In this document: in pieces, positions 60,230 to 64,000 of the stretch
Position numbering within the stretch: the stretch's first letter is position 1
How the letters are laid out: each line of letters opens with the position of its first letter
DNA from: a virus
IMG/VR virus record: IMGVR_UViG_3300042472_000301
Coordinates: 1 to 64,000 of that record
Strand: one strand, 5' to 3'
Length of the DNA: 64,000 nt
Translations under genes and position numbers: made by a program
The notes under the pieces: model-generated
What the model was told of the DNA's origin: nothing
Databases searched by the model: none
What the model saw: only the letters and a program-made list of their open reading frames with translations

Positions 60230-62713
60230 ATGACAGACACGATAACGTTGCTTAAAACGATGAACGGTCGCAGGATGACCAAGTTATGGAAACAAGACGG
60301 TACGATCGATGGCTACGAGGACGCCAAGCACTTTAAGATGCGCCGCGAGCAGGTCGCAAGTTTAGACGAGCTCGGCGCGATGCTCAAGAGGATTGAGGGT
60401 AATCCCGACGTGTGCCTGATACGCGGGGCTTACGTGGGTGACGAGCTCGCTGAGAAGTCAGAGTACTCGGGCTACGTGCGTCGTGCTCTGGTTAACTTTA
60501 CTGACCAGCCGCTGCACGCGGTCATGTTTGACGTTGATAACTTCGAGCACGAGGGCGCGCCCGAGGAGGCGATCGACGCGTGGATCGAGACCACGCTGCC
60601 TGCGTTCGCTGGTGTGCGCTACTGGTGGCAGCTCTCGTCGTCTGCAGGGCGCACACCCGGTGTGCTCAAGGCGCACGTGTGGTTCTGGTTGGCCGAGCCT
60701 CGCACGAGCGCTCAGCTACGTGCGTGGGGTATCGGCATCGCAGGCCTTGATCACTCGGTCTTTAACCCAGTGCAGGCGCACTACACGGCCGCGCCTGTGT
60801 TCGAGGCCGGTGTGGCTGACCCGGTCGGTGCTCGCTCAGGCATGTCGTCTGGCTGGTTTGACTCGGTCGCAATCGACGTGTCGGACGTGAAGGTGCCTGA
60901 GTACGAGGGGTCGTACACGATGAGTGACCCTCGCGAGAAGCCCGGCGTGGTGGGCGCGTTCTGTCGCGCGTTTAGCGTGGAGGAGGTGATCGTGCGCTGG
61001 CTCCCGGATAAGTTCCGCTTCCAGATGGATGACAACGAGCGCCGGCTCACCTACAAGGCCGGTGGCGGCTCAGTGGGTGGTGCCTTTATCAGCGACGACC
61101 GTATGCACGTGGTCAACAAGCACGCGACCGACCCGTGTCTGGGGCGCGCGGTTAACGTCTTCGATTTGGTGCGGGTGCACAAGTTCGGGCACCTCGATGA
61201 GGGTGCTGACCCGCTCGATCTGGTGCAGATACAGTCACACCCCTCGCAGCTGGCCATGCTCAAGATGTGCGAGGGTTTGCCAGAAATCGCCGCGGAAAAG
61301 ACAGCGGCCGTCGCCAGTTGGTCGGAGCGCATCGCGGCGGCCGCTTTAACAGATTTGGAGGCGCTCACGGCAGAGATCGGTTTGGACGTTGGGCAGGTTG
61401 AGCAGGCGGCACTCGTGCAGGCGCTTAGGCGTCGCTTTGCGGAGCTGGGGGCGAACATGCCAGTTGCCGACATCCGGCGCATGATGCGCCCACGGCGTGC
61501 GCAGGTGGCGCTGCCTGACATGAACGCCGAGGGCGCGCCCCAGCAGACGATTGAGAACGTGGCAGCGGTCTGCCAGAACGCGGGGATAGTCGTGCGCTAC
61601 AACTGCATCAACAAGCACGACGAGATCCTCGTGCCCGGCGCGGGGTGGACGATGGACAACGCGGCCGAGGCCTCGCTCACGGTGATCCGCTCGATGTGCC
61701 ACAAGTCCGAGATCAGGACGCAGTACCTGAAGAGCATCGTCACGACCATCGCCGACATGAACGTCTACAACCCGGTGGTCGAGTGGGTGAGTAGCAAGCC
61801 GTGGGACGGGATGAGCCGGCTGCAGAGCTGGTACGACACGCTGGTGGAGGTGACCGAGGCCATCGAGCGCGGGCGCAAGGAGCTGCTCATGCGCAAGTGG
61901 GCGCTCTCGGCGATTGCCGCGGCCTACTCGCCCGACGGGGTGATGGCTCGCGGCGTGTTGGTGCTCCAAGGCGCGCAGTACATCGGCAAGACCCGGTGGC
62001 TGACTTCGCTTGTGCCGGCGAACTTGAACCTAGTCAACACCGGCAAGAGCCTGAACGTGCACGACAAGGACTCGCTCATGAACGTGCTCTCGGGCTGGCT
62101 GGCTGAGCTGGGTGAGCTTGATGCGACGTTTAAGAAGAGCGACATCGCGGCGCTCAAGGCGTTCCTCACCCAGACGGTGGACGAGATACGCAGACCCTAT
62201 GCCGCGGCGTCTTCGCGCTACGCCCGGCGCACGGTGTTCGCGGCCTCGGTGAACGACGAGACGTTCTTGGGTGACCCCACGGGCAACAGTCGCTTCTGGG
62301 TGATCCCGGTGAGTGCTGTCGTGCACGACCACTCGATCGACATGCAGCAGCTCTGGGCGGAGGTGCTGGCGCTCTGGAAGGCTGGCGAGGTGCACTACCT
62401 GAGCCAGTCGGAGATGGGCGAGGTGAGCGTGCATAACAACCAGTTTGAGCAGTCCGACCCGATTGTGGAGCTCATAACGGACGGTTTGGCGTGGGCGGAT
62501 TTCAGCGAAACGCGGTGTAAGTGGATGAGCGCCTCAGAGATTCTGAGGTGGCTGGACGTGAGGAGTCCCAGTAAAAGGGACACCAGTTTGGCGGGTGCGG
62601 CGGTGCTGAAGTTGAACGGTGGGCTCAAAAAACGGCTCTCAACGGGCCGTTATCTGGCTGTTCCGCTGAGCAAGGCGATGGGGGTTGTGGACGTTGGGGG
62701 CGAGGTATGGTGA
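60230..62713 (+). CDS. Primase fused to VirE (virulence-associated E-like) helicase
   Basis: FDVD, SSSAG...KAH.WFWL, G.QYIGKT Walker A, ELGEL, RRPY, DPTGNSRFW. Confidence 0.88.
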   Translation: MTDTITLLKTMNGRRMTKLWKQDGTIDGYEDAKHFKMRREQVASLDELGAMLKRIEGNPDVCLIRGAYVGDELAEKSEYSGYVRRALVNFTDQPLHAVMFDVDNFEHEGAPEEAIDAWIETTLPAFAGVRYWWQLSSSAGRTPGVLKAHVWFWLAEPRTSAQLRAWGIGIAGLDHSVFNPVQAHYTAAPVFEAGVADPVGARSGMSSGWFDSVAIDVSDVKVPEYEGSYTMSDPREKPGVVGAFCRAFSVEEVIVRWLPDKFRFQMDDNERRLTYKAGGGSVGGAFISDDRMHVVNKHATDPCLGRAVNVFDLVRVHKFGHLDEGADPLDLVQIQSHPSQLAMLKMCEGLPEIAAEKTAAVASWSERIAAAALTDLEALTAEIGLDVGQVEQAALVQALRRRFAELGANMPVADIRRMMRPRRAQVALPDMNAEGAPQQTIENVAAVCQNAGIVVRYNCINKHDEILVPGAGWTMDNAAEASLTVIRSMCHKSEIRTQYLKSIVTTIADMNVYNPVVEWVSSKPWDGMSRLQSWYDTLVEVTEAIERGRKELLMRKWALSAIAAAYSPDGVMARGVLVLQGAQYIGKTRWLTSLVPANLNLVNTGKSLNVHDKDSLMNVLSGWLAELGELDATFKKSDIAALKAFLTQTVDEIRRPYAAASSRYARRTVFAASVNDETFLGDPTGNSRFWVIPVSAVVHDHSIDMQQLWAEVLALWKAGEVHYLSQSEMGEVSVHNNQFEQSDPIVELITDGLAWADFSETRCKWMSASEILRWLDVRSPSKRDTSLAGAAVLKLNGGLKKRLSTGRYLAVPLSKAMGVVDVGGEVW

Positions 62714-62980
62714 CATGGCTAAAAACTGTTGGCGTATGTCACCGTATGGGTGACATGGTGACATGCGGTGTAAAAAGTAGGCAAAAAAGGGCTTTCATGT
62801 CACTATACGGTGACATGAAAGGGGGGTAGTGACATTAGGTGTCATCATAGGGAACATGTCACCTATGTCACTATATTTATATATATTTTATATAGGGTAA
62901 CTGTGATGGTAGGTGGTAACACACTACATACTTCCTATATAGAGTTAGCAAAGCTGGTCATAGTGTCATGGGTGACATGG
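62708..62980. repeat. Origin-like array: about 10 GTGACAT/ATGTCAC motifs around an AT-rich tract
   Basis: Copies near 62710, 62736, 62750, 62758, 62797, 62810, 62829, 62856, 62865, 62972; AT run 62872-62894. Confidence 0.75.
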
Positions 62981-63372
62981 AAAAGGACGTAGAAAAGCGT
63001 TTAGTGGGGGGTATAAAGCGGCTTGGTGGGCAGGCGGTGAAGTTCGTCAGCCCGGCCTCGGCGGGGTGGCCTGATCGCTTGGTTTTGATGCCGGGCGGGC
63101 GGGTGACGTTCATCGAGTTGAAGACAGGCACAGGAAAACTTAGTGAGTTGCAAAAGTACCGGCTGAAGGTTTTGGGTGACTTGGGGTTTGATGCCCGGGT
63201 CCTGTATGGGCACGATGAGGTTAAAGGATTCTTAGATGAAACTGCACGATTATCAGTTGAGGATGGCCGAGCACATGGTGGAGCACCGCGGGGCGATGTG
63301 TTGGTCGGAGGTGGGGCTGGGCAAGACCGCAGCGACCCTGCAGGCGCTTCGGATGATGAAGGCAAGGGGTGA
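62968..63372 (+). CDS. VRR-NUC domain nuclease
   Basis: EKDVE, GWPDRL, FIELK..G.LS.LQ; C-terminal tail overlaps the helicase. Confidence 0.88.
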   Translation: MGDMEKDVEKRLVGGIKRLGGQAVKFVSPASAGWPDRLVLMPGGRVTFIELKTGTGKLSELQKYRLKVLGDLGFDARVLYGHDEVKGFLDETARLSVEDGRAHGGAPRGDVLVGGGAGQDRSDPAGASDDEGKG

Positions 63373-64000
63373 GCCTATCCAAGTGCTGATCGTGGCTCCT
63401 AAGCGTGTTTCTGAGCACGTGTGGGAGGCTGAGCGCGATCTTTGGGCACCCAAGATGCCGATGCTGGTGATTAAGGGCAACCAAGCGCAGCGACGACGTG
63501 CGCTCAGGACACCGTGCGCGGTCAAGGTGATCGGGCGAGACAACGTGAAGTGGCTGGTGGACGAGCTCAAGGATCGTTGGCCGTTCAATGTTTTGGTGGT
63601 GGACGAGAGCCAAGGGTTCAAGAGCCCGTCCACGGCGCGTTTTAAGGCCCTTAGGCGCGTTAAGTTTGACCGGGTGATACTCCTGAGTGCCACACCGGCC
63701 TCAGAGGGCTTGCTGGGGCTCTGGAGCCAGTGCTACTTGGCTGACAGGGGCGAGAGGCTGGGCAGGACCTACACGGGCTACATCAACGCGTTCTTTGTGG
63801 GCGATTACATGGGCTGGAACCTCGCACCGCGGCCCAACGCAGAGAAGGAGATACACGCAAGGGTTAAGGACATCACGGTGGCCATGCGGGCTGAGGACTA
63901 CCTCGACCTGCCTGAGCGCATCAACAGCAACACGGTGGTCGAGATGCTGCCCGGTGAGCTCAAGGTCTACGAGCAGCTCAGACGCGACGCGCTGTTGCCC
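63236..64000 (+). CDS. SNF2-family helicase (truncated by window end)
   Basis: Read by hand: MKLHDYQ, GLGKT, VVDES, LSATP. Confidence 0.88.
   Translation, partial: MKLHDYQLRMAEHMVEHRGAMCWSEVGLGKTAATLQALRMMKARGEPIQVLIVAPKRVSEHVWEAERDLWAPKMPMLVIKGNQAQRRRALRTPCAVKVIGRDNVKWLVDELKDRWPFNVLVVDESQGFKSPSTARFKALRRVKFDRVILLSATPASEGLLGLWSQCYLADRGERLGRTYTGYINAFFVGDYMGWNLAPRPNAEKEIHARVKDITVAMRAEDYLDLPERINSNTVVEMLPGELKVYEQLRRDALLP

Larger units (their letters stand above)
38054..64000. mobile_element. Phage B: partial second podovirus-like genome (lysis, tail/ejection, early genes, replication)
   Basis: Second, non-homologous set of tail and ejection genes and a second replication module with a family B polymerase. 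Head and packaging genes are not in the window. Confidence 0.8.

Noticed and set aside
60438-63693. Long alternative-frame and antisense ORFs here and throughout the ORF track
   Set aside because: They shadow well-supported genes in GC-rich DNA and lack RBS or motifs.
1-64000. tRNA/rRNA genes, introns, inteins, stop-codon reassignment
   Set aside because: No cloverleaf with canonical T and D arms was noticed by eye (tRNAscan-SE not run); core genes are uninterrupted and of normal length under the standard code.

Overview
The window contains only phage DNA and looks like two different podovirus-like genomes joined at a shared lysis cassette. Phage A (1-37,926) appears complete and circular. 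Bases 1-127 recur exactly at 37,927-38,053 and the copies diverge from base 128, as expected for a k=127 de Bruijn branch point. Phage A carries an APSE-like replication module (SNF2 helicase, VRR-NUC, DUF2800-type nuclease, SSB, family A polymerase, primase-helicase), a leftward cluster of small early genes that includes a beta-clamp-like fragment, a repeat-rich control region with a near-consensus LexA box, and P22-like morphogenesis genes. Its lysis cassette has two small holin-like genes, a T4 gpT-like membrane/GAF protein and a GH108 endolysin. Phage B (from about 38,054, incomplete) has a second allele of the lysis genes, unrelated tail and ejection genes, small early genes and a parallel replication module with a family B polymerase, a VirE-type primase-helicase and an iteron-rich origin. 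Best leads: (1) structured, partly pseudoknotted RNA candidates between SSB and polymerase in both phages; (2) a LexA box inside the origin-like region of an integrase-less phage; (3) a small early protein resembling a major-capsid fragment; (4) a T4-T-like lysis protein in a podovirus; (5) repeated GCAA-tetraloop leaders in the early region. All family calls come from motif recognition by eye; no searches were run.
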